A DNA stretch of 61,272 nt, the filler included. It is 11 parts of 11 records of this genome, joined end to end, with 100 filler letters (N's around TTAATTAATTAA, not from the genome) between each part and the next. Parts side by side here need not be neighbours in the genome. Positions count along the whole stretch, not along the records: positions 44,641 to 51,474 come from SRR7504441_13504; positions 51,575 to 56,504 come from SRR7504441_13508; 9 more parts are not named here. One strand, given 5' to 3'. Positions 44,806 to 56,604 of this stretch are shown piece by piece. A model generated the notes under the pieces. The model was not told the origin of the DNA. It did no database searches and saw only the letters and a program-made list of their open reading frames with translations. The number at the start of each line of letters is the position of its first letter. Position 1 is the first letter of the stretch. Made by a program: the position numbers and the translations under genes.

Positions 44806-45571
44806 TCACTCCATACAAGTGCCCTTCACGGCGTTCTTTATACAGGCTCGTGCGAACGGTATGTACGATATGCAGTACCTGCCGCCACTGTCCAGCCGAG
44901 CAGGCACAGCTATAGCTGGCGCAGGCACCACGTGTAGGCTAGCAGCTGGGCAATGCAGGACAGGATCACCAGGGCCGCCCTCGTGCCGCCAGCCTGGCCC
45001 TAGCTCGCCCGCAGCCAGAATGGTCGGCACGATTCCGTCCACTGAGGCCAGGATCAGCGTGAGGATCATGAAGAACAGGAAGGTGCCGGTGGCACACAGC
45101 CGGTCAGGATCGAAACACTGTTTGAGCTGCTTGCAGGGGCCAGTGAGGAAAAAGGTCGCGCAAACTGCAGTGATATTCCCTAGCGTATACCTATGCACCA
45201 GCTCACAGCAGCCACACCCCAACAGGCACGCACATTACAGCGAAGGCAGCGCAGTTGCCGCCTATGCACTGAGCGAACCGTGCAAAGGATCCGAAAGTGA
45301 GGACAATGCCGATGGCGCAGCAGACCACAAAGCCGACCAGGCGCTGCCAGCACGGTGGCTGGCCAGGGCTGGGGCGGCGGACCTGCGTCCAGGTGAGCGT
45401 CGGGCAGCAGTCGTCCAGGCCTTCCTCCAGCTTGTCCATCGCTGTCTTCTCCTCCTCAGGCTTGCCGAACACTTTGTCCTGCATCTTCTCGAAGGTGCCC
45501 TTCTCCTCCGACTTGTTCCCGAAGATGTCCATCGGGGCCGACTCCTCCTCCGTCCCTGAAAACCAGCCCAT
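44806..45571 (-). CDS. SFT2: SFT2/Got1-family vesicle transport protein
   Basis: LTWTQRLVGF, FAVMYTLGNI, FLTGPCKQLK and WYCISYIPFAR after splicing. Confidence 0.9.
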
Positions 45572-45678
45572 CTGGCTCCCGCGTCTCGCGACGCCGATTT
45601 TAAACGGACTCGGCGGCCTTCTCCAACACACGGATCCGTGCCCGCAGCCCGCAGCACTGGCGGCCGCGACCGAGCCGG

Positions 45679-46493
45679 ATGAGCCCTTCAGCTCGCAGCA
45701 CCGAGTGCCCCGCCCTCCCGGCCGGCCCGACACCGGCGGTGCAGCTCTGCGGCCCGCTGCGGGCACTGGAGGCCCAGCAGCCCGACGCGAGCGTGGCCCT
45801 GATGCGCGAGCAAGCCGGATGCACAGGGCCTAGCTTCAACTACGGGGAAGTCGGTGACTGGGCCGAGCTGCTGGGGGGGCAGCCGGGGGCAGGGCTCAAC
45901 TACTTTGGCCTGGTGATGGACCGATGCCTGGGGCTGTGCCCGCGGCTGGGCCAGGCCGGAGGAGCCTTCTACGACATCGGTGGGCGGCAGGCGGCTGTGG
46001 GCGAGGCTGGGCAGGCTCCGGGTGTGGCAAGTTGGTGATCGCGGCAGCCTGGCTCCGGGTGTGGCGCAAGTGCGTGGGGGTGGAGGTGGCCGCGGTGTGC
46101 GGGCGGCCGGCAGCTGCGGGGCAGATGGTGGATGGGCTGCATCAGCAGGCAGGCCAGACGCTGGAGGCCGTGCAGGCCGGGAGAATCGGGACAGAGGCGC
46201 CACGGATGGCGCCCGTGGAGCTGATCTGTGGCGATTTGGGTGCTGTAGATTGGAGCGATGCCGATGTGGTGCTCTGCAACTCTCTGGTATTTGAGCAGGG
46301 CACGATGGCGGCCTTCACTGGCAAGGCGGAGCTGCTGCAGCCTGGCGCATTGGTGCTGACTAGCCAGAGGATGGATTCGGGGCTGTTTGAAGACCTGGGG
46401 ATGACTTACGATCAGTTTGATGTCTGGGACTTGTGTGCCTGCGCCGAGTTTGATTTCTATATACAACGCCGGCTTCAGAGAGACGCGCCTTGA
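45679..46493 (+). CDS. DOT1-like class I SAM-dependent methyltransferase
   Basis: FNYGEV, FYDIGSGCGKLV, KCVGVEV, GDL..DWSDADVVLCNS and LQPGALV after splicing. Confidence 0.8.
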
Positions 46494-46765
46494 TTGTATA
46501 TTTCTACTAAATCAGACATTTGCATTCATGGGTTTTGATATTGATCACCAACAGCCGCGCGCCGGCTGCGTTTGAGCACAACGGGCCGGCTGTGTTTAAT
46601 TAGTGTTCCGAGGGGATACCCAACAAGGCCTATAATTATTACGGAGGAAGCGGCTAATCTGGGTGCTGCTGCTCACGAGGTGGACGTACGCAGTCGTGAA
46701 GGCCTTGCAATCGCGCGTGGTGGTCTGATTCTGAGACCCCAAAGGAGCAAGGTGCCTTCCCCTCA

Positions 46766-48500
46766 TCATTGCATTATGCACTGGCAGTCGCATTTGCCGC
46801 CTTCGGGCTCTTCCACCTCCGGTGGAGCCAAAGCGGCTTCCCTCTTAACATCGGCCCGTCTCGCCATCCCCTCCCTTGTCTCACCTGCTGCACACAATCA
46901 GCACTCCGATCGGCAAGACCGGCCACCGGCAGACCCCGTGAGGCTATCCTCCTCCCCAAACAGATCGACCGCCTTAGCATTCATGGGCGAATTCTGGGGC
47001 GAGTTAGGGTTGGACTGGCTCCTGCCCCGCGTCCAGCCCGCGCCTGGCTAAGCGGCGGGCACCGTATCACTACGCACTGGTCCTTAAGCGGCGTGTCGAA
47101 TTCCAGATTCTCATGCGGCATGCTCCCGTCGGTGGGGCAGTAGAGCACCTGGATGGCCTCCTGCCGCCCGCGCTCAGCCGGACCACGCCTGGGCGGCGCC
47201 TGAAGAACTACATCGATTACGGGCCGCGCCATGGGCTCGTGACTGAGCATCTTACAGAGCAATTCAGCCACCGGATCGCCCGCAGCCGCCGATTCCTCGG
47301 CCTCCTCCCTAGACAGACGCTCAAGCGGCCCTCTGGGGCTCGGGCTGACCCGAATTCGCCGTCGTCGGCCACCTCGCCCGCAACCAGCTCCCTGAGCAGC
47401 AATCCGAGGCTCCATACATCGGCCGAAAAGTCGCATCTCGCGGGCGTTTCCTGCTCCAAGCTCTTCTTATGCTGCAAAAAACTCAGGAGCACGGCCAGGC
47501 TGAGAGAGTACCTCTGGACAGACCGGGCTTGCGCGCATTGTCCGCTGATGCAGCGGCTCCCCATGCCGCTGAGCACACTGTCTGAGCGACACAAGCAATG
47601 CGTGCGAGACCTGGAGGGTGGCGTAATTGCCAAGTTTGTACCCAGACTGGCACTTGAGCACATTGGCAGCACTTATGCTGTTGTGCACCATCCCCGCGCT
47701 GTGCAGCGTCTGAACCTGTACCAGCCAGCCTCGTCAGATGACAGCGTGCTGCCACACCGCTCGCGCCACGCGAAGGAAGAGCGTCCGCTTCTGCACCGGA
47801 CTCATCGGAAGCTCGGCTACCTCGAGCTCGTCGGCCAGGGCCACAGTGCATTCCTCTGCCGGATCTGGGTTACCAAGGGCGAGCAGCAGCCTCGGTGCGC
47901 ACCCATCACAGCCAGCCAGCCGTTGCTGTCGGCACTGCCGTGGATTTCGAGGACGTCGACGAGCATCGGCTCGCCCTTGGGACTAGACATCGGAGAGGTG
48001 AGGCTAGAGGTGGGCGAGATGGGGGCGTCGTTGGCCCGGAGGCAGCAACGACGCTGTACCTCGCGCATCTGCCTCCAGCTCGCCCAGACCGACAGGGTTG
48101 TCGCACCCGGGCGTGATCCGTCCGATGCAAGTACTGCTGCAGCGAGACAGCGGTGCCGTTGGTGCTGTCGAGCGCCAATAGCATCGGTGTCGGGCAAGTG
48201 CACGGCTGCCGCCGGTTCAGCCGGTGGCTGGGGCTGGGGCTGGGGCACCTCGGCCGAGATCGGTCGAATGTCGACGAAACGGCCGTGGAGCAGTTTCTCC
48301 ACGGCGCGGTAGGTGGTGTTGGGGCTCGGCATCTCGGTGTTGACCTTGTACCCGACTCGCCGGGGCCCGGCAGGCGGCACACCATGCCCGGGAGCTGGTT
48401 CTGCGGCGCTGGCTCTCGCGACTCCTGCGGGGCGGGCTCGGGCCAGCGGCCAGGTGGGGCGGGCCGCCTGTTTGATGATGGCGGGGTCGGCTACACCCAT
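46766..48500 (-). CDS. Protein-kinase-fold pseudokinase with a C-terminal CaaX-like motif (multi-exon)
   Basis: LHSAGMVHNSISAANVL, YKLGNYA, CPE, ADVWSLG and KMLSHEPMARP, ending ..KCDCQCIMQ*. Start approximate. Confidence 0.7.
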
Positions 48501-49092
48501 CAACGGCCCGCCAGTGTCGCGTCTGTCTCTGGCCGCGCTGGGGGTGCGCTGAGGAGTGACTCTGGGCCAATGAAAGATTTCCGTTGAACTTCTCCTGATG
48601 GATCCACTCCGCCACTCATTCGTTAGGGTAGGGGCCGCGCTAGGACCACGCAAAAGTTGCGCATGGATCAGAGCACTGCCCGTACCAAACGCGATATTTA
48701 AAAGACCGGGTTCATTCAAAAATAATTCAAAAACTAATCAGTTCACGTTGTTCACGGAATTGTGCATGCCTAAAGCGCACAAACACACCGGTCACTCTAA
48801 CTTATGATTGGGAAGACTCCGATACATATCATACCGGGAGTCCTGAATTGTGAATAGCCCGCACTCGAGCTGATTGCTGACTATGACTAAGCTGTGATAG
48901 ATGTACAAGAGACCCTCTCCTGGGAGAGCCATTTCAGACTGGGCAACATTTAGGAAGGACAGCTCTTCGCCAGAACTGTCGCATAGCAATCTCTGTAGTT
49001 ATAGTTGGACGCGCGCCTTAATCCGGACCTGTCGACACAAGCCCCGTCGGCAGCGCTCCCCCCCCCCCTCTGGGAGCGCCGCTCAGCGACAC

Positions 49093-49878
49093 TCAGCCTT
49101 GTGTCGCTGTCTCGTCGCGCAGTGCGGCCATCTGCTTCTCCTTGGCCTTCATCCGTCGACACATCGAGGAGTTCCAATGGTTCTTGACAGAGTTGTCGGT
49201 GCGGCCTGGCAGCATCTTGGCGATCTGAGCCCAATGGTTGCCGTGTCGGCTGTGCGCCTCAAGCAGTATAGCCTCCTCCGCCGCACTCCAGGGCTCCTTC
49301 TTGATGTCCGGCGCTAGGTGGTTGTGGTACCGCTCCCGGCACTGCTTGCCCTTTCGACCGGGCAGTGTCTGGGCCAGCCCGGCCCACCCGCGCGGCCCGT
49401 ATTTGAGCACATGTTGCCGGACAATGCCGTCTTCCTGAGGGGTCCACGGCCGTTTGGTCATGGTCGCCGGAAGGCCTGGCTTGGGCGTCGGCACGCTCTT
49501 GGGCGGTGCCGGTACCGACCAGCTGGTTAGGGGGTGCATCGGAGTGGCGTTACCCATGGCGGGGGCCGTCGGGATAGGCGAGGCATCCTCGGGCCGACGC
49601 ACCGTGCCGACGGCCGGCTGGGGGACAGCGGCCAGGGACCGGTCCCTCATCGGGGCCAGCGCATGCATGGCCCACTCGCCGCGGGGTGTCAAAGGAGCCA
49701 TGAAATCGTTGCTGAGCTGGCGCTTTAGCCCGATCCGGGGGAGCGAGGGCGGGCGGGCCTCGTCGGGTTGCTTGTTGAGGGCGATCAACGCCTCCACGCA
49801 CGGGCCCTTGCGCGGCGACAGGAGCGAATCCAGCCGCGGAGGGGCTGGCCCTCCAGGGCCGGGGCCTGGTTCCTCCAT
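49093..49878 (-). CDS. Two-repeat (R2R3, c-Myb-like) Myb transcription factor
   Basis: [54 protein letters not shown]. The 3' end may extend through an intron. Confidence 0.93.
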   Translation of the reverse strand: MEEPGPGPGGPAPPRLDSLLSPRKGPCVEALIALNKQPDEARPPSLPRIGLKRQLSNDFMAPLTPRGEWAMHALAPMRDRSLAAVPQPAVGTVRRPEDASPIPTAPAMGNATPMHPLTSWSVPAPPKSVPTPKPGLPATMTKRPWTPQEDGIVRQHVLKYGPRGWAGLAQTLPGRKGKQCRERYHNHLAPDIKKEPWSAAEEAILLEAHSRHGNHWAQIAKMLPGRTDNSVKNHWNSSMCRRMKAKEKQMAALRDETATQG

Positions 49879-49918
49879 GTGAGCTGGTGCGTCGTCCAAT
49901 TATGTACGTTGCTCAGGA

Positions 49919-49960
49919 AACGGCAAAAACGGCAAGACCGGTACGTGGTTCCTAAAACGG
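49919..49960. promoter_or_regulatory. Three AACGG Myb-type sites upstream of the Myb gene
   Basis: AACGG at 49919, 49928 and 49956, 41-82 bp upstream of the ATG at 49878. Confidence 0.5.
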
Positions 49961-50046
49961 GAGAGCTCTTAGATTGATGCTGGACCTTTTGGAGCTAAAT
50001 TCTAGATCAGTTTTGTGCAATCAGCTACTCGATTGCGAGCGGCTGG

Positions 50047-51474
50047 TCATTCTAGCAATTGGTGCAGACTCGGCACCGAACCCGCGTGCTGCATCCTCTC
50101 CCAACAGAGCACGAGCAGCGCATCGGATGCGGCTGCTTCGGCCCTGGCAGTCTCCACCTCTGCCTTAGCCGCCACCACCTCCGCCCTTGCCTTAGCCACC
50201 ACATCCTCCAGGTGCCCTACCGGCGCGCCGCCTTTGCTCTGACCGGCTGGCGGCCGCGGTATTATCGCCCCGGACTCTCTGTTCATCATGGTTCGGCCGG
50301 TCCTCATTGGATCTCGTTGCGGCACCGACACTCCAGATTGCCTCATCTGGCGGAGCTTGCGCACCTGCGCGTCGAGCGCCCGATCCCGCTCGTCCGCCTC
50401 TGCACTGGGGTCCGCGGGCGCATCTGCCTCACCTGCTTGCTCTAGGTGTGCTGGCCTGTCCCCTTGCTCGCCCGTAGCACTCGCCTCAGTGGGCTCCTTG
50501 CTGGCCCTCTCAGGCTCCTCGTCAGCTGTAAAATCGAGCTCATCCAGCCCGGCCGTCGAGTCATCTATCCAAGGCTCGTGGCCGGCCAGCTCCAGCTCCA
50601 GTTTCTCCTTCTGCGCCAGCACCTGCTGCCTAGCCTCATTGGCGACAGACAGCCTGCTCTTCAGGGCTTCTTTCTCCAGCGTGGTTTGCCTGATCTCTTT
50701 CTCCGCGTCAGCCAGTCTCGCTTCCAGGGCCTCTACATCTGCTCTAGTCGTACTTGATGTCTGGTCTGCACTCGCTAAGCTCGACTCCAGGGCTTGCTTT
50801 TCCTCAATCGCGCGGGCCTTGTCCTCCTCTGCAGCACCGAGCTTGGCCTCGAGTGTCTTCCTGGCCTGCTGCGCTTCAACCAGCCTAGACTCTAGCACGC
50901 TATTCTCCTCAGCCGCTTTGCTGGCACTCTCTTCGGCTACGATCAGCCTGGCTTCGAGCTCCTTCGCCGCGTTCGCTCCATCCAGCAGCCTTGACTCCAG
51001 CAGCTGGTTCTCTTCTAGTTGGCTCTCTGCATTGGTCAGTCTGCTCTGCATCAAGTCACAGGCCTGGTTGGCTTGATCCAGCTCATCCTGCGTGCTGGCC
51101 AGCTCGACCTGCGCCTTATCCGCACGAGCGACGGGAGACCTAACTTGCTGCACATGCCTCTCCTCTTGTGCAGCAAGCTCGGTCTCCAGTCGCTCGTGCG
51201 CATCTTGCGCAACCGCCAACCTAGATATCAACGACTCATTCTGCTGTTCTGCGCTCTCTGCTCGAGTTCTGAGCGCTTGAAACTCGACTTCCCGTTTGCG
51301 ACTCGCCTCCTCCGCCTCTGAAAGTCGCCTCCCGGCCGCCTCTGCCTGTTCTTTTGCCTCTTTGAGCATAGCCTCTAGCATCTCGTTCCTCTCTTCTGCA
51401 CAGGTCAGCCTGGCCTCCATCTGCGTGCTCACTTCTTCCCTCTTCTGCTCGGCCACCAACCAATTAGCTTGCAC
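50047..51474 (-). CDS. Long coiled-coil protein, 5' end truncated
   Basis: Open frame of about 475 codons with recurring LE(S/A)RL..A units. Confidence 0.75.
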   Translation of the reverse strand: MQANWLVAEQKREEVSTQMEARLTCAEERNEMLEAMLKEAKEQAEAAGRRLSEAEEASRKREVEFQALRTRAESAEQQNESLISRLAVAQDAHERLETELAAQEERHVQQVRSPVARADKAQVELASTQDELDQANQACDLMQSRLTNAESQLEENQLLESRLLDGANAAKELEARLIVAEESASKAAEENSVLESRLVEAQQARKTLEAKLGAAEEDKARAIEEKQALESSLASADQTSSTTRADVEALEARLADAEKEIRQTTLEKEALKSRLSVANEARQQVLAQKEKLELELAGHEPWIDDSTAGLDELDFTADEEPERASKEPTEASATGEQGDRPAHLEQAGEADAPADPSAEADERDRALDAQVRKLRQMRQSGVSVPQRDPMRTGRTMMNRESGAIIPRPPAGQSKGGAPVGHLEDVVAKARAEVVAAKAEVETARAEAAASDALLVLCWERMQHAGSVPSLHQLLE

Positions 51475-51574
51475 NNNNNNNNNNNNNNNNNNNNNNNNNN
51501 NNNNNNNNNNNNNNNNNNTTAATTAATTAANNNNNNNNNNNNNNNNNNNNNNNNNNNNNNNNNNNNNNNNNNNN
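51475..51574. other. Artificial contig linker
   Basis: N44-TTAATTAATTAA-N44. Confidence 0.98.
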
Positions 51575-52113
51575 TGCCAAACAAAAGAAGGACAATGGAC
51601 CTTGTGACCAAGCAGATGTGATGCAACCCGACTTTTGGCTTCTTAAACATCTTCTTTGAAACCAGCTCCTATTCTTGGGGTTTCATCGTATAATTCGATG
51701 TGAAGCCGACTCGTTTGCTTTGATTTCATCAAACTTCAATCAATTCGCCAAGTACGTAGTTAATGTTCGAGAGCTGTCACATCTTCCAACTCGCCTAGCT
51801 ACGGTACATCATGCAAATTCTGATCACGAAACTTGTCATGATGTCACGATCTAAAAATGTGTTAGAAATGTGTACGGTTAACCGTACATGTTTACGTGTA
51901 TTATATTTTAACATGTAAAGGAATAATGAAAATTCATGAAGATTGAGAGAATAATGTAAGTGTTAGTGGCTTAATTAAGTATTCACGACTTGCGATTGCC
52001 GCTATGCAAGCACAATGGCATGCGAATGTATTAATCAACAGTGCTCTTGCTTAATCAACATCACACCAAGCCTTAAATCAAGCCTTATTTAGCCTTATTG
52101 ATCAAGGCCGGGA

Positions 52114-53960
52114 TCAAGGAGCCGGCGTAGGTCCGAACAGCGGGCTGCCGTCGGGCGTGGCCAGGCATTCGCTAAGTCTATTACACACAGCCACGATCTC
52201 GAGCACTTGTTCCACCGCACCCACTTGGTGTAGCACGCCTTCCTCTCCGCCAGCCGGTCCCCAGCGGCACTCGCCAGCAAGCCAGCCACACTCACCGGAG
52301 CTGCCCACAAGGCAAGAGGCACAGCCCGTCTCCTCGCCAATCACGCCCACACAATCTGCCACCTGCGCCCGCCTCGGCTTCGGTGCAAAGATGACGCACC
52401 AGTAGCAAGTGCTCTGGACCACCCCCCGCGCTGCTCAGTTCTGCTAGCCCCTGCCATGGTTTGTAGCACGCAACGGCGCGCACACACCTCTCTGGTGCTG
52501 CTGACCAGCTTCAGCCAGTCAGCGACGGACTGGCCAGCCTCAGCTAGCTGCCAGTAGCTCAGTACCGAAAAGGCGCAGAGGCAGCTACCAGCAGGTCCGC
52601 GGCCTGCTTTGTGGCTACCAGCGCCACTGGCATTCGGAGCTCGCGCAAGCCTTCGAGCAGCTGGCTGGTAGCGACTCGCACGGAGTCTAGAACCACTCCG
52701 CTGACCTGGCGCACGCCACACAGTTGGCTGGCCGGACTGCTGCGCGGCGCACCCTGAGAGGTGTCACTTGCTGAGCCTCACAGCAGACAGTCGGACACTC
52801 TATGTCTCGTTTGCTTGCCACCTGCGGCCTGTCGGGGTCTGTCATCAGTCAAGCTAGGCACCAGCTGGAGCTCATTGGTCACGGTCTGGGCGGCGGCGGT
52901 CCGTTGAATCACTGCTTGCATCGAAGACGCCGCCAGCTCCACAACAGCCGCCTACACGTTGTGAGCCACAGCAGAGTGAAAAAGCACCAAGTTTGCAGGA
53001 TTCCGATGCGAGTGTGCCAACAGCAGAGCGGCCATTAGATCGCCACAACCGGTGTAGTCCGTCGGGTGTTTGGGCAGCAGCAGCCGGTACTGCGCGGCTG
53101 CGGTGGCTCCCGGATTCTGCCGCGCCCTGATTCTGCGAGCACAGGCTACTGGGTGAGCTCACCATCTGACTAGCAAACAGCTTGAGGGAGTCGCCGAACT
53201 CGAGGCTGGTTATCACCACCACCCGCACCCCCTGCTGATGCAGCACCATGCACGCCCGCGCCGCCGACCTCTCGTCTGTCACCCGAATCCCTGCAACGCC
53301 AGCTGAGTTTACCCAACGTGTCACTGCCTGTGAGGAGCTGGATCTCGAACTGGTTAGGTGTCATCATCGAGGCGTGCCGCACCATCTCCTCCCGGTACAC
53401 CGCCACTAGCTCCTGCGGCACGTACAGCTTGCCGTTGTCGCCCATGACTGGGTCGCACACGTACACCAGGCCAGGGTTGGTCTGCCCCAGGCTCGCCGCT
53501 ATACCTCGGGCGGCAGCACGCACCTGCCGCAGCTTGAGCAGCGTGCTAATCACTGAGCGCAGGAACGAGACCGACCCGATGTACCTGCCCCCAGCTGACG
53601 GGGCTGTGCCGACCGCCGGCCGCCACCCTGTGAGCAGGTGTGAGTACCGCAGCAGCTTGTTGACCTCAAGTCCCTCCACCAGCGCCCCCAGCTGGTCCCC
53701 GTTGAGCACCTGGCGCCGGCTGGCTGCCCGCCCCTGACCCGGGGCGGTCGCCTCGCCCCGCCAGCCGCCGGGGTAGCCGGTGTGGTTGGAGAATTGCACC
53801 GAGTTGATCGGATCGACCTGCGGCGGCTGGCGGCGGCCCGGGGAGGCGGGGGCACGTCGAAGCCGAGCAGCTGGAGCGGGAAGGTGGCCGACTTATTGCC
53901 CACGTACCCGTGCACCACGTGCGATTGCACGCTCAGCACTCGCGCTTCGTCACCCATCAT
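52114..53960 (-). CDS. PDXK: Pyridoxal kinase, apparently fused to a degenerate C-terminal HAD-like domain
   Basis: [54 protein letters not shown] and [12 protein letters not shown]. The extension from about 52705 to 52114 is less certain than the kinase. Confidence 0.9.
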
Positions 53961-54027
53961 GGCCGCCAGCACGATCTGCAGACGAGCCGGCGAAAAAGTC
54001 GCCCGGATCGGCTTGCGTCACCACAAC

Positions 54028-56116
54028 ATGTTTCCTCGAGCAGTGATCGTGTTCCTCGGGCTGGCTTGCGGCTACGCGGCGGTCTACGACATCAACTTCG
54101 CGCTGGGGTGCCCCCTCCCCCGGGCCAGCTCACCGGCGGCCCAGCAAGTGCACCAAGGTTGGCTGCGAATCGCTCGTGGCGTACACCGAGGGTAGCCCGC
54201 CGGGCCTGGTTCGCCCCAACGGCCGGGCGCAGGCCAAATGTTCGCCAAGGGCGAGGCGCCGCCGACACTGATCCTGTCCGACGATAACGCCGGCTACATC
54301 TCTCTCAACGCTGACCTCACGCTCTCGGGCGGAAGTCAGCCGTACCAGTTCTCGGCGTTCGCTTGCACCCGGTGGCTGGCCGGCCGGGCACGGCGCGAGC
54401 GTCCGGGCAGCGACTTCTACAACAACGTGGTGATGAACCTCGGACAGTGCGTCAGGCCCCGGGCGCGCTGACCGGCTGGGGTAAGGTATTGCGCGAACGG
54501 GGAGGTGGTACCGGTGCCCAACACCCCCGGCAACATCACCGTCTCGGTGCCGGACGGGAGCCGGTACAAGTTCTCGGGCGAGTTCGAGTTCGACCAGACC
54601 GCGGTCCAGCTGCTCGTGATGCGGGTGCGCCAATGCCACCGCGCGTGTGGAGCTACCGCAGGTCTGCTTCCCTGCGGGACATCACCTGGACGGGCTTCAG
54701 CTGCAAGTCGACTCGGACATGGGCTTTCACAACAGCTACGGGTGGGCCAGCCGTTGGGCCGCACTCACGCGCTCAGGTGGATCCCGGGCAAGTTGGTAGG
54801 GTACGTCCCGGTCTACTTCCTGCTCGTGCTCGGGACTGGCGTGCTGTTCTTGGTGTTCGCAGGCCTGGCCCTTGCGCACATGCGGGAGCTTCTGGTGCTG
54901 CAGGGTGCCGCGGCCACTCGAGCCCGGCCGAGCCTCCCCCCCGGGCAGGCCTTATCATCGCAGTGCAGCTGCTTTCGATCCTGGAGGCAGCGGTCTGGCT
55001 AGGTTACCTGCTCCAAATCAACGAAACTGGTGAACTGCGGTCGACCTCCTGGCCGAATCCGGCCGGGCAGGCAAGCCAATCTGCTGCCCACTCTCTGGGA
55101 GCGCTATGTTCGCGATTGCTTGCACGGCGCTCAAGCATCTTATCTCGCGAGTGCTCATGACCCTGGTGTGCATTGGGTTTGGCGTCGTCAGGGTGAGCTC
55201 GCCCGGCCGATCCAGGGCTCAGCCTGGCCGGTGCAGCAAGTTATCACCAAGAAGGAGCTCGGCATGATGCTGCTGCTCTCTGCGCTGTACTTCACCTTTG
55301 CTTTCCTTGATGAGGTCTGTCCCGGTTGAGGCCTGTGTCGCTGAGCGCTCGGGTAGATCGCTGAAGGGAACGCGCTCGGTGGACCTGTGCTGCTCTGGCA
55401 GCTCGGGCTGCTCGTGTGCGACCTGGGTTTCGTCTATTGGATTGTCACCGGGCTGCGCACGACGATGGTGCGAGCTGGGCTACGGTCGCTGAGTCGCTGG
55501 GCAGGAGGAGCTAGGTACTAACCGACAGTCTGCCAAGTACCGGATGTACACCAACATGTACACCGCACTCGGCGTGTTTGTCGTGCTCTGGTCCATTTAC
55601 GGTGCCATCTCCCCGGGAGCGCAGGAGTTGCTCAGTCGGGCACAGGTGTGCTGCTGCTCATGCTCAGTGCATTTGGTGTGCTCGATTCTGGGAGTGTCCA
55701 GGCATCGCTCTGGCAGTGGCTGGGGCTTACTGGGCTCGGGCAGTCAAGCCTGCTCGGCAGCCTGTACCCGGTGATTTACTTTGCGTTCCTAGTCACTGTC
55801 TCGGTGATCTGGCGGCCATCGCACCAGAGCCACATGGTTGGTACCCCTAGCAGTGCGGGTGCTGACGGCCTGCAGCTGGCCATGTCTTACGAGCTCAGCA
55901 CTGATGAGATTGCACCTGACGTAGAGATGGACAACATGGGCGTGGAGCACATGGACAGCATGACCATTGTGAGCGGGGCTCGGCTTGCTGGCGGCTGAGT
56001 AGTGGCAGGACGAAGGTGGCGGGGCGGAGCAGCGGCTGCAGGTGACAGAGGTGACGCCCGTGACTCCCAAGGGCGACGGCGATGGTGGCATCACTCAGGA
56101 CCACTCCAAGCTTTAG
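54028..56116 (+). CDS. GOST-family seven-TM protein (TMEM87/GPR107-like), multi-exon
   Basis: Signal peptide and lumenal domain, then LVCIGFGVVR, FVYWIV..L, RQSAKYRMY and VIWRPS. Confidence 0.8.
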
Positions 56117-56504
56117 CTCGCGGGTAGCAGCTTTTGTATCGACTACTCGACAACTTTATCTGTAGATTCTGCGCCGGATACATGAACAATTGTATACACA
56201 GACATTACATTATAATAGGTTCATGTTTAGAACTGCACCACACCCCTCGTTGCACTTGTCATCGCGGTAGACCTCCTCCGCATTCGCACACATGGGCACA
56301 CGTTGGCACTGCTCTCGAGAGCCGTGTCGGTAACAACTCCGACGGCAAAGGGGAAATGTGGTAACACGCCTTCCTTTTCGAGCACTTTTGAATTATCACG
56401 CTCGCTGTAAAAGCAAGTAGCACTGTCATTGGGGCAAGATCTACGTACCTCTGGTAGCTCTACTCTAGCTCTACTCGAGAATATCTGGTCGGCATAGTCT
56501 CACA

Positions 56505-56604
56505 NNNNNNNNNNNNNNNNNNNNNNNNNNNNNNNNNNNNNNNNNNNNTTAATTAATTAANNNNNNNNNNNNNNNNNNNNNNNNNNNNNNNNNNNNNNNN
56601 NNNN
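56505..56604. other. Artificial contig linker
   Basis: N44-TTAATTAATTAA-N44. Confidence 0.98.

Noticed and set aside
56105-56116. C-terminal SKL on the GOST-family protein as a peroxisomal signal
   Set aside because: This is a multi-pass secretory-pathway protein, and PTS1 applies to soluble matrix proteins.
7833-56604. TTAATTAATTAA recurring ten times
   Set aside because: Always centred in exactly 88 Ns. It is an artificial six-frame-stop linker.
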